Below, piece by piece: positions 18,596-26,842 of a DNA stretch of 32,000 bases. This stretch comes from Candidatus Electrothrix yaqonensis. Its GTDB lineage: Bacteria > Desulfobacterota > Desulfobulbia > Desulfobulbales > Desulfobulbaceae. The notes beneath the pieces were generated by a model that ran no database searches, was not told the DNA's origin, and worked only from the letters and a program-made list of their open reading frames with translations. The translations under genes were made by a program, and so were the position numbers. Position 1 is the stretch's first letter. Every line of letters begins with the position of its first letter. The stretch is from positions 2,940,001 to 2,972,000 of the forward strand of contig CP178758.1 of NCBI GenBank assembly GCA_047651235.1, written 5' to 3'.

Positions 18596-19333
18596 TCACT
18601 TTACTCCGACATAGATCGACACAATTCCGAAGGTGAGCGTCTTTCTTTCCACATGAACAAAGCCTGCTTCCTGCATCATAAAAAGCAGTTCTTCGGGTTC
18701 ATAAAACGAGGCAATGGAACGGGCAAGATATTCATACGCCTTTCTGCTGCTGGCGCAGAGACTGGCAATCCTGGGCAACATGTAGTTCAGGTAGCAGTTG
18801 TAGAGCGGCCTGACCACGGGATTGGTGGGCCGGGACAGTTCAAGGATCAGCAGTCTGCCGCCCGGACGTAATATCCTGTGCATCTCGCGCAGTCCTTTGC
18901 GGGTATCGGCAAGATTGCGCACCCCGAATGCAACTGTGCAGCCGCAGAAGGTCTCTGAACGCGCCGGGATCTCTTCTCCGTCGCCGCAGACCGGAAAAAT
19001 CCTCGGCCTGCAGTGGTTGTCCGGCAGTTTTTTCATGCCGGTCCGCAGCATGTTTTCACAGAAATCCATAGATACCACCTGCCGTTTTTTTGCCTGCCGG
19101 GCAAGCTCTACAGACAGGGGCATGGTTCCGGCGCAGAGATCCAGGATCGGCCCTTCAGGAAAATCACGGAGCAGACGGGTCGTGCGCCAGCGCCAGCAGC
19201 GGTCCACCAGCAGAGAAAGCAGCGAATTCAGCAGGTCGTACTTATGGCTGATCGAGGAAAAAATTTCCCGCACGTATTCTTTCTTCTCTTCAAGAGGGAT
19301 CATTATCTGTTCCGGTCGGATATTAACGGTCAA
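18596..19333 (-). CDS. ubiE: Demethylmenaquinone / ubiquinone C-methyltransferase UbiE/MenG
   Basis: 245 aa. VREIFSSISHKYDLLNSLLS...RCWR and the SAM motif ILDLCAGT. TTG start 10 nt after AAGGAGG, with an alternative ATG at 19303. Confidence 0.9.
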   Translation of the reverse strand: MTVNIRPEQIMIPLEEKKEYVREIFSSISHKYDLLNSLLSLLVDRCWRWRTTRLLRDFPEGPILDLCAGTMPLSVELARQAKKRQVVSMDFCENMLRTGMKKLPDNHCRPRIFPVCGDGEEIPARSETFCGCTVAFGVRNLADTRKGLREMHRILRPGGRLLILELSRPTNPVVRPLYNCYLNYMLPRIASLCASSRKAYEYLARSIASFYEPEELLFMMQEAGFVHVERKTLTFGIVSIYVGVK

Positions 19334-19365
19334 CGCTGTCGAGCCTCCTTGCGGGATTTACGAGA

Positions 19366-20202
19366 TTACTGCATGATTTTCAGCGGCAGGGCTTTGCTGT
19401 CTGCTTTGCCGTGCGCCAGCAGCCGGGTAAAGAACTCTTCCAGAGCCTGCTGCTTGCGCGGGTCAAGATCGTATTCCATAGCTTGGAGATAACAGAGGCA
19501 GGCATCTTTGTCCATAGGAATACGCCGGGCCGCCTGTCTGCTGATCGCCGGTAGCCGGGCCAGCCCCTGATCGCGGCAGGTCAGCAGTGCCTGATGGATT
19601 TCCCGCGCTGCTGCTGGTTCTGCCTGAAGAAAATCCTCCCGCACGGCACAGACGGCAAAGACAAAGGGCAGGTCGGTATGCCGGTGCCAGAATTCTCCTA
19701 AATCCAGCTGCACCGGATACTGTTTTTCCATAGCCAGCCGCAGGGCATCGTCACCGATCGCCAGTACTGCTTCAGGCCGCTCTCCGTGGTCATGGTCCTG
19801 CGGCTGCGGTGCAGAAATATCTCCCCGCAGATACTGCGGCCTGACAGCAAAAAAATCTTCCAGAATAATCTGCAGCAGCCGGACCGAAGTATCGGACTGG
19901 CCGGTCAGCAGCACCGGCCTGCTGTCCAGCTGCTCCGGCGGCACCGAGGAAAAAAGGAACACACTGCCCACCGGGCCGGTGGCGGCAATGGAAAGATCCG
20001 CCATAATGCGGTACTGTTGCGGTCGAACGGCATATTCAATCGAGGAAACAAAGCCGAGGTCAAGTTCACCCGCTGCCAGCAGCCGGTTCAGCTCCACAGG
20101 CGGTGCCTCGGTCACCAGCCAGTCCGGTCGATGCACCTGCTCCTTCCATACCTCGTAGATAGGTGCGGTGTTGATATAGTTGACCATGCCGATGCGGGCC
20201 AT
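19366..20202 (-). CDS. mqnA: Chorismate dehydratase MqnA (futalosine pathway)
   Basis: 278 aa. VitK2-biosynthesis/PBP-like fold with N-terminal RIGMVNYINTAPIY. It lacks the SPCPND motif of MqnD. Confidence 0.8.
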   Translation of the reverse strand: MARIGMVNYINTAPIYEVWKEQVHRPDWLVTEAPPVELNRLLAAGELDLGFVSSIEYAVRPQQYRIMADLSIAATGPVGSVFLFSSVPPEQLDSRPVLLTGQSDTSVRLLQIILEDFFAVRPQYLRGDISAPQPQDHDHGERPEAVLAIGDDALRLAMEKQYPVQLDLGEFWHRHTDLPFVFAVCAVREDFLQAEPAAAREIHQALLTCRDQGLARLPAISRQAARRIPMDKDACLCYLQAMEYDLDPRKQQALEEFFTRLLAHGKADSKALPLKIMQ

Positions 20203-20223
20203 CTTTCTTTCTCTCTGCTGATT

Positions 20224-21453
20224 TTAAAGCAGATGCACATCCCCGCCGCCCTGCTGCACCGAATGCACTAAATACTCCTGCACCGCTGAGAGGTTGCGGA
20301 TGGCTTCAGGCAGCTCTGCAGCTATTATTGCCGCCTCTTTTCCCGCCTCCAGCGAACCGAGCACCCTGTCCAGGCCGAGGGCCTGCGCCCCGCCCAGCGT
20401 TGCCATGCGCAGGATATCCGCCGGAGCAATGCCCGGATGATCCTCGGCCAGCAGGCGCATTTCCCGCCACAGGGAAAGTTCCGGATTGCTGGTCAGGCTG
20501 TCCGTGCCCAGGGCAGGCAGGATACCGTTACGCAGATACTTCTCTGCCGGGGCCTTGCCCACGCCCAGATAGCGGTTGCTGCTCGGACAAAGGCAGACCC
20601 TAGCGCCGTTCTCAGCCAGCAGATCAATCTCCTGCTCTGTAACTTGAATACAATGTACACAAAGTGTCCTTCTGTCAAGCAGGCTGTGGCGATGCAGATA
20701 AGTTACTGAACCTTCGCTGCCTCTGCCGAGCGGTTGAAAGGAATCATTCCAGAAACCCCGTTGTTCGAGAAAGTCCCGTATCTCCCCGGTCCCTTGATTA
20801 ATCAATGTATTTTCCGCTGCAGGCTCAGCAACATGAATGGGAAAAATATGACCCAACCGCCCTGCCCTGCTTTTCAACGCCCGCAGCAGATCAGGATGGG
20901 TGGAATACGGGGCATGGCCGGTGCAGGGCTGCACTCCTTCTTTTGCCAGCCCTTTCAGAGCCATTGTAACTTCATCTGCCCGCAGACCGAGGTATTCCTT
21001 AAAGCAGAGCAGCCTACCGGTAAAAGCAGAGGAAAAATTTCTGGTCAGGCCGCTGTTGGAGATGTCCGCTATCGCCACCACGCCCTGTCGCTGCTGCTCA
21101 GTCAGGGCAGTACGGGCTGCTGCTGCTGCGATAGTCTCGGTATCATCGGCAACTTTGGCCCGTTCTGCCAGCATCTGCGCAATCCAGCCGGTAAAGGTCG
21201 GCGGCGCGGGTTGGCGGGAAAGATATGCAAGATGGGAGAGTTCCAAGTGGGTGTGGGCGTTGATCAGGCCGGGCAGGAGCACGGCATCCGGATGATCAAG
21301 TACGGCTGCGTCCGGATGACGGCGAAGAACCTCGCTGAACCGGCTGACCGCGCATATTTTTCCTGCCCGAAGCGCTACCCCGCCATCCTGAATCGGCGGA
21401 CGGCTGATGGGCAGGACCCAAGGCGCACGATGGACAGCAAGCGGAGAATCCAC
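20224..21453 (-). CDS. Amidohydrolase-superfamily deaminase (candidate aminodeoxyfutalosine deaminase)
   Basis: 409 aa. Metal motif LINAHTHLE and an MtaD/guanine-deaminase-like layout. The GTG start abuts the stop of the upstream radical SAM gene (TAAGTG). The specific function is inferred from its position inside the mqn operon. Confidence 0.75.
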   Translation of the reverse strand: MDSPLAVHRAPWVLPISRPPIQDGGVALRAGKICAVSRFSEVLRRHPDAAVLDHPDAVLLPGLINAHTHLELSHLAYLSRQPAPPTFTGWIAQMLAERAKVADDTETIAAAAARTALTEQQRQGVVAIADISNSGLTRNFSSAFTGRLLCFKEYLGLRADEVTMALKGLAKEGVQPCTGHAPYSTHPDLLRALKSRAGRLGHIFPIHVAEPAAENTLINQGTGEIRDFLEQRGFWNDSFQPLGRGSEGSVTYLHRHSLLDRRTLCVHCIQVTEQEIDLLAENGARVCLCPSSNRYLGVGKAPAEKYLRNGILPALGTDSLTSNPELSLWREMRLLAEDHPGIAPADILRMATLGGAQALGLDRVLGSLEAGKEAAIIAAELPEAIRNLSAVQEYLVHSVQQGGGDVHLL

Positions 21454-22530
21454 TTATTCTGCCGAAGTGTAATCCATCAGCCGTTGCTCCGGTGTGAATC
21501 CGGCATCCGTGACCAGACGGCGGATTTCCTGCTCAGACAGGCGAAAATGCACCCCGGCAGCAGCCACCACATTTTCCTCAATCATGGTGGAGCCAAAATC
21601 ATTGGCCCCGAAAAACAGGGAGAGCTGGGCAATCTTCGGCCCCTGCGTCACCCAGGACGCCTGAATGTTCGCGAAGTTATCGAGAAAGATACGGCTCAGG
21701 GCCAGCATGCGCAGATAGGTAACGGCTGAGGTCTTTTCCCCGTTCACGGTTTCCGCCAAGGCGGTGTTGTCCGGCTGAAAGGGCCAGGGAATAAAAGCGG
21801 TAAAACCGCCGGTCCGGTCCTGGAGGTCGCGCAGCCGTTGGAGATGCTCCAGCCGTTCCTCCCAGGTTTCCACATGACCGAACATCATGGTCGCGGTGGT
21901 GCGCATTCCCAAAGTATGCGCCTGTTCCATGACCGAAATCCACTTATCAGCGGAACACTTGCGCGGAGCAAGCTGCTGCCGCACCCGGTCAGAAAGGATC
22001 TCTGCTCCGCCGCCTGGGATGGAATCCAGGCCCGCAATCATGAGCCGCTCCAGCACCGTTCTGATGGACAAGCCGGAAAGTTCGGCAAAATGACAGATTT
22101 CCGGCGGGGAAAAACCGTGGATGTGGATACCGGTGGCCTTCATGAAACGAAGCATATCTTCGTAAAACGCCAGCGGCAGGTCAGGATGCAGGCCGCCCTG
22201 GAGGAGGATCTGGGTGCCGCCGAGTTCCTGGGTTTCGCGGATTTTCCGGAGCAGCTCCTCCCTGCGTAGCACACTGCCCTGCGGGTCTTCCGGGGCCTTA
22301 AAAAAAGCGCAGAACTTACAGGCCGAGATGCAGATATCAGTGTAGTTGATATTGCGGTCAATGACGTAGGTGACCTTGGGTTCCGGATGCAGCCGTTTAC
22401 GCACGGCGTCGGCCATAAAGCTGAGCCGGTAGAGGTCGGCCTTTTCAGCGAGAAAAAGGAATTCTTCACCGGTGATCCGGTCTCCGGCTGTAATTTTATC
22501 TGTTATTTCCTGCATAGATTTATTGTGCAT
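21454..22530 (-). CDS. mqnC: Radical SAM menaquinone biosynthesis enzyme, MqnC-like (MqnE not excluded)
   Basis: 358 aa. CISACKFCAF (CX3CX2C), IDRNINYTDIC, IHGFSPPEI and IPGGGAEIL. The HGFSPPEI segment looks more MqnC-like than MqnE-like from memory. Confidence 0.8.
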   Translation of the reverse strand: MHNKSMQEITDKITAGDRITGEEFLFLAEKADLYRLSFMADAVRKRLHPEPKVTYVIDRNINYTDICISACKFCAFFKAPEDPQGSVLRREELLRKIRETQELGGTQILLQGGLHPDLPLAFYEDMLRFMKATGIHIHGFSPPEICHFAELSGLSIRTVLERLMIAGLDSIPGGGAEILSDRVRQQLAPRKCSADKWISVMEQAHTLGMRTTATMMFGHVETWEERLEHLQRLRDLQDRTGGFTAFIPWPFQPDNTALAETVNGEKTSAVTYLRMLALSRIFLDNFANIQASWVTQGPKIAQLSLFFGANDFGSTMIEENVVAAAGVHFRLSEQEIRRLVTDAGFTPEQRLMDYTSAE

Positions 22531-22593
22531 GTATACCTGTCAAGCTCTGTATTGTCAGTTCTGCAGCAGATACAGCCTAGTTCTTCTTATCAG

Positions 22594-22693
22594 CTGATGT
22601 TACGCAGCCGAAACGCAAAATCGGCAGATTCTATGCTTTGGGTGTCTCGTAACTTACTGATATTTTATTTGCGTGCGTAACATCAGTTACGCA
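22594..22693. repeat. Cluster of GTTACGCA/TGCGTAAC inverted repeats
   Basis: A 20-bp perfect palindrome TGCGTAAC-ATCA-GTTACGCA at 22674-22693. In addition, CTGATGTTACGCA (22594-22606) is the exact reverse complement of 22674-22686. The cluster lies 64-160 nt upstream of the mqnC start and next to the IS remnant. Confidence 0.5.
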
Positions 22694-22788
22694 GAACATA
22701 AACTGACCGGGCAGGCCGGGCAATAAAAAAAGCGAAGCCATACGGCCCCGCCCTGTCGATTGCTGAGAAGTATAGTTAGGAACGGGAA

Positions 22789-23345
22789 TTAAAGCCGTTC
22801 TGACGGAACAGCGGCATAATTCCACTTCGGCAGAAACCCGTCGAATTGAATTTTCATATTTTCTTTAAAACCGTCAGCCGTTTTGCGGCCTGTCTCGAAG
22901 AGGAATTCAGATTTTCCATGTGTCGTCCACCAGTTCCGAATACAGGCGCACCCGAATTCGGAGGTGTCACCGCTTGTCCCTAATGTGATACAACCGATAT
23001 TACTGTATATATCATACAGTCCATAGGCGAACCCGCCGTGTGTTTTTTCAGCACTGCGAAAAATGCGTCATCAAGGCCGACGGCGGTCGAGAGGACGGAT
23101 TTACGTCCCCCGCCCGGTTTGCGGATTCGTTCCTCTTTTTCAGGCAGAGGCTGTTTCAGCTCCTCAATCCCGCGACGGACCCGGTCAGAATCACACCGCA
23201 ACATGTCGCATATATACGTTATGCCGCCGTATCCGAACTTTTCCGCTTCAACTGCGGCGTATCGACGGCGGTCTTTTTCAGACAGGCTGCCGTAAAAATT
23301 ACGCATTCGCGTTTCTATCTCAGGAGAATATGTTTTTATCTTCAT
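22789..23345 (-). pseudogene. ISAzo13-family transposase remnant with internal deletion and frameshift
   Basis: The N-terminal 105 aa or so (RRRYAAVEAEKFGYGGITYI...RIRKPGGGRKSVL...HTAGSPMD) match the ISAzo13 HTH region and then stop at 22980. A different frame (22959..22789) encodes a C-terminal tail ...GRKTADGFKENMKIQFDGFLPKWNYAAVPSERL*, like the family's conserved xEWNYTIxP end. The DDE core of about 300 aa is missing. Confidence 0.75.
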
Positions 23346-23471
23346 AACCGGATGAGAATAAACGCAACTATGAAATTGTCAATGACCTGTCAGCAAGTTC
23401 CGTTGTTATTAAATTTTCATTCATAGCCCGGCTGAAAATAAACACTGTCGGCTCCGCTTCCGAGGCAGGCA

Positions 23472-23711
23472 TTGGCCGAAAGATTTTCCGAGAGCTATTT
23501 TGGCTTGATTCTCGATGACCTGCGCTGTCTCCCCGACCGAACAACGTGGTTTTCTCTGCTTCGTGAACTGCTGCTTCCTTCAGGCGATGAATTGGCAGCA
23601 AAATACGGGCAGGAGGAGCTGCGCCCGTTAGAGAAAAAAATACGTCTGCCTCTGCTTTATGCCCGCTATCTGCTGGTCGGACTGCTGAAACGGGTTGTCC
23701 GCCTGCAGTGA
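23472..23711 (+). CDS. Orphan 79-aa ORF, possibly a gene fragment
   Basis: GC-rich ORF with a TTG start and no SD, lying between the IS remnant and the AT-rich block. No family recognised. Confidence 0.2.
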   Translation: MAERFSESYFGLILDDLRCLPDRTTWFSLLRELLLPSGDELAAKYGQEELRPLEKKIRLPLLYARYLLVGLLKRVVRLQ

Positions 23712-23988
23712 CAGGGAGAGCCGGACGCCCGGGCTGCAGCCCGCCTTTCCCCGTTTCCCGCCTTTACTACTGTTGAGTGCTTCTGATCCAGTCTTATTTT
23801 TTCAAGCTGATTGATCTGTTGGATTGTTTTGTGAAAGGAATTTCCTGGTTCGAGGCAAAGACTTCAATCATCCGTAATGCTGTGTAACTCCTAGCGGGGA
23901 AGGAAAAGCAGGGTCTGGAAATCTTCAGATGCTTTCAGGGAATAAATCTGATTATTATTCTTATAATTTTAATATTATCAAATAAATA

Positions 23989-24053
23989 TTGACTTCGTGC
24001 GTCATTAGGTTTAACGTCGGCAAAATTAGGTTGAAGCGGATAACTGAAGTTAT
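23989..24053 (+). promoter_or_regulatory. Candidate promoter (TTGACT-17-TAACGT) plus a 14-bp palindrome ATAACTGAAGTTAT
   Basis: -35-like at 23989-23994 and a weak -10 at 24012-24017. A perfect palindrome at 24040-24053 lies between them and the AAGGAG SD of the NTF2-like gene. The region is very AT-rich. Confidence 0.3.
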
Positions 24054-24096
24054 CTTATCCAGCCGTATAAAAAAAACTATACTAAAGGAGATCAAG

Positions 24097-24540
24097 ATGA
24101 ATGCTACACAATTAGCTGCTGTAACCACTGATCCTGCCAGCAAAGCTGTCCTTGAGTTTCTGTCGGTTCTTGAAACCAAAAAAGTAGATAACTTATTAAG
24201 CATATGGGACGAAAATGGTATTTTTGAACTGCCTTTTTCTCATAAAGGAATACCAAGTTTATATCACCCAAAATTTGAAGGACGGCAATGTATCTATGAA
24301 CTCTTCCAAGCATTGCTCCCTGGTGAGAGTTTTAAATTTAAGGAGATTGCATTGTATCCAATGATCAATCAAGAATATGTTTTCATTGAATTCATAGGTG
24401 ATATTACACAACTGGACCGAGGTATAAAATATACGAATCGGTATTGTGCATTAGCGCATACTCGAAAAGGAAAAATTTTATTATTCAGGGAATATTTCCA
24501 TGCAATTATACGACAAAACTTTGAAGCAAGTGGCTTTTGA
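24097..24540 (+). CDS. NTF2-like / SnoaL-like fold protein
   Basis: 147 aa starting at an ATG 6 nt after AAGGAG (the track ORF begins upstream at 23989). Size and pattern (FLSVLETKKVDNLLSIWDENGIFELPF ... YVFIEF ... KILLFREYF) fit the SnoaL/ketosteroid-isomerase-like cone fold. Confidence 0.65.
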   Translation: MNATQLAAVTTDPASKAVLEFLSVLETKKVDNLLSIWDENGIFELPFSHKGIPSLYHPKFEGRQCIYELFQALLPGESFKFKEIALYPMINQEYVFIEFIGDITQLDRGIKYTNRYCALAHTRKGKILLFREYFHAIIRQNFEASGF

Positions 24541-24634
24541 CATTGCAGGTGATATGGATGAACGAATGAACGAATAATTTTGTCATACCTAATGAGCAGT
24601 AACTCTGTAACAGCCTCAACATAGGAAAAGAAAA

Positions 24635-25885
24635 ATGAAAGCCTGTCAATTGAAGTTGAACACACCCGTATTCGAGCGAGAAGTGGTTGATACAAAAAGA
24701 ACTAACAGTTACTGGGTTGAAGCCTTTGATATAGACGGAGACGGTAAATCTGATCTGCTTGGTTACGGATTGGGAGACTCCCAGATTTATACGTTTAGAA
24801 ATCCGACTTGGGAAAAAAGGCTCATTGCTCAGCTGAAAGGAGCTGTCGGAATGGATCATGCTGATATTAACCAGAATGGTTTGAATGATGTGGTGATCTG
24901 TTATCAGTACGGAGCAACAATGCGGGATTGTGATCCGGAAGGTGGAAAAATTGTATGGCTGGAAAACCCTGGCACCCCGGACGGAGAATGGAAGCATCAT
25001 TATATCGGCAGAGCAACGGCCATGCATCGTTTACGAGTCGGGTATTTTACGCAGACCGAAAAACTTGAGGTATTAGGGTTGCCGATCGTAGGAAAACCTG
25101 GAGACATCTATTCAGATGTACCGGTGGTGCTGTTTACGCAGCCAGATGACCTCAGCACTGCTCAGGAATGGAACAGGACGATTATCAATGACAGTTATTA
25201 CCATATCATTCATGGTGTTTCTAAAAAGAAATTTAATAAATCCAGGAATGGCTCAGAACTCGATTCAGTCATCCTGGCCTCCCAGGAAGGTATTTCATGG
25301 TTGTATTATGATCAAGAACAGCGGAATTGGAAAATCGAGCTGCTTGGCCAAGGTGAACAAGAAGAATTTAAACTGACAGGATACCGGGGAAGTGGCAACT
25401 TGGATGCAGGCAAAATAGGCGACGATGACTTCGCTTATATTCCAACGGTGGAACCGTTTCATGGGAACAGAATTGCTGTTTATGTAAAAAGAACAGCGTC
25501 CCTTTTAAACTCAGTACGCTGGAAGCGCTTTGTCCTGGATACGTTTAAAGATCCAGATGATCATGGTGAGGGGCCTGGTCATCATGTAGTTTGTGCAGAC
25601 TTTGACGGAGACGGTGATGACGAATTCCTAGTTGCACTGCGAGGACCTAAACCTTGGCAGGGAGTCTACTGCTACAAGGCTATTGATCTGCAGAACGGAG
25701 TTTTTGTTAAATGGCATATCACGCAGGATTCTGCTGCAAGGATTGCCTTGGCCGATTTCAATGGAGACGGTCGTCTTGACTTTGCCACTATGGGGTATTG
25801 GGTCCCGGGATATTACCAGACTGAACAGCCTGAGATCGTCGTTTTTAGAAATGCTTTTGCTGAACCGGGTAGAAAGAATGGATGA
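24635..25885 (+). CDS. FG-GAP/VCBS-repeat beta-propeller protein (candidate aldos-2-ulose dehydratase-like propeller)
   Basis: 416 aa with no signal peptide. Repeated Ca-binding-type loops FDIDGDGKSDLL, ADINQNGLNDVV, ADFDGDGDDEFL and ADFNGDGRLDFA, spaced about 55-60 aa apart, are consistent with a 7-bladed propeller. Confidence 0.85.
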   Translation: MKACQLKLNTPVFEREVVDTKRTNSYWVEAFDIDGDGKSDLLGYGLGDSQIYTFRNPTWEKRLIAQLKGAVGMDHADINQNGLNDVVICYQYGATMRDCDPEGGKIVWLENPGTPDGEWKHHYIGRATAMHRLRVGYFTQTEKLEVLGLPIVGKPGDIYSDVPVVLFTQPDDLSTAQEWNRTIINDSYYHIIHGVSKKKFNKSRNGSELDSVILASQEGISWLYYDQEQRNWKIELLGQGEQEEFKLTGYRGSGNLDAGKIGDDDFAYIPTVEPFHGNRIAVYVKRTASLLNSVRWKRFVLDTFKDPDDHGEGPGHHVVCADFDGDGDDEFLVALRGPKPWQGVYCYKAIDLQNGVFVKWHITQDSAARIALADFNGDGRLDFATMGYWVPGYYQTEQPEIVVFRNAFAEPGRKNG

Positions 25886-25937
25886 TCCTGCAACGAATTT
25901 GGCAGATCAAGGTACATACTCAGGAGGATAAATCAAG

Positions 25938-26657
25938 ATGACTGCTGCATACAACAAGGTAACATCCGTCAACTTTGCAAGCGAACATATAACAGCATAC
26001 GCTGTCAGCAACGTGCGGGATTTTCACATCAATAAACGCTCTATTGTTGTGAATATGGGATCGGAACTGATCTATTTTGATGAAGAGCCCAAGAAGGGAC
26101 TGTTACCCAGAAAATCAACGATCCTACAGAACAAAAGGATAGAATCGGCTGTGTTGGTCATGGTGCTTGAGGTCCACAGCAGGATCAATCTCGGCAATGT
26201 GATTCTCGGCAAAGAGTGGGACAGCGCGGAAAATTTATTCGGGGATGCCCTGAAAGGTGTGCCTCTATGGAAATCTCCTCAGGTTGAAATAGGAAAAATT
26301 ACACTCAATCCTTTTGCTGCGTTGGGCCAAGAACAGCAGGGAGATGCTGCGGTTACTTTCAACATCAAGGTCAACATCTGGTTTACTACTGAGTGTGCCA
26401 ACTGCACTATTCATAATCAGCATGATTTTATCGAATTTCATACCCAGATTGCCGGAACCGGTCGTATGCAGAAATTTTCCGACGATACGATTGACACCCT
26501 TTATGAAGATGTGATCCTAGGTGAAGGACAAAGCCACGATATATTCTGTACCGCCTTGGATGACGGTCGCAGCTTCAAGTATCCTTGGCACCAGTACTAT
26601 TCAGATACAGACTGTATCTGGATGGCTACGGAGTTACATCCCCTGCCTGCTCTTTAA
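25938..26657 (+). CDS. Cupin-like metalloprotein, unknown function
   Basis: 239 aa. AGGAGG SD. The C-terminal half has a cupin-type ligand pattern H159-N-Q-H162-D-F-I-E166-F-H168...G-T-G (nt 26412-26441), followed by GEGQSHDIF and YPWHQYY. Confidence 0.6.
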   Translation: MTAAYNKVTSVNFASEHITAYAVSNVRDFHINKRSIVVNMGSELIYFDEEPKKGLLPRKSTILQNKRIESAVLVMVLEVHSRINLGNVILGKEWDSAENLFGDALKGVPLWKSPQVEIGKITLNPFAALGQEQQGDAAVTFNIKVNIWFTTECANCTIHNQHDFIEFHTQIAGTGRMQKFSDDTIDTLYEDVILGEGQSHDIFCTALDDGRSFKYPWHQYYSDTDCIWMATELHPLPAL

Positions 26658-26761
26658 ACGGGCTGGTCGAACATGTTGATGTATGTCGCTATGAGATTAC
26701 CCATTCATGGCGGCATTACCGATCCGGCAGTTAGATGAATACGGGCAAATCTTGCGAGATA

Positions 26762-26839
26762 ATAACTAACTGAAATAAAAAATAAGTTATCAATACATAC
26801 TATAGCTCAAGTCAAATGACTTGACACCTAGGATATAAT
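26762..26839 (+). promoter_or_regulatory. AT-rich intergenic region with two inverted repeats and a TATAAT box
   Basis: ATAACT-N17-AGTTAT at 26762-26790. An 18-bp perfect palindrome TCAAGTCA-AA-TGACTTGA at 26807-26824. TATAAT at 26834-26839, only 3 nt before the ATG at 26843. Confidence 0.3.
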
Positions 26840-26842
26840 GGC

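Noticed and set aside
20734-21729. 331-aa ORF on the + strand
   Set aside because: It spans the junction of two well-supported minus-strand genes (the amidohydrolase and the radical SAM gene). It is an antisense shadow ORF.
22631-22825. 64-aa ORF on the - strand
   Set aside because: It overlaps the C-terminal transposase stub in a different frame and runs into the palindrome region. It is most likely non-coding debris of the IS remnant.
23844-23856. GGTTCGAGG, reminiscent of a tRNA T-loop
   Set aside because: I could not build acceptor, D or anticodon stems from the flanking sequence, so this is not a tRNA.
26821-26839. Consensus TTGACA and TATAAT hexamers close together
   Set aside because: The spacer is only 7 nt, so the two cannot work as one sigma70 promoter. 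Only the TATAAT, with a poor -35, remains as a possibility.
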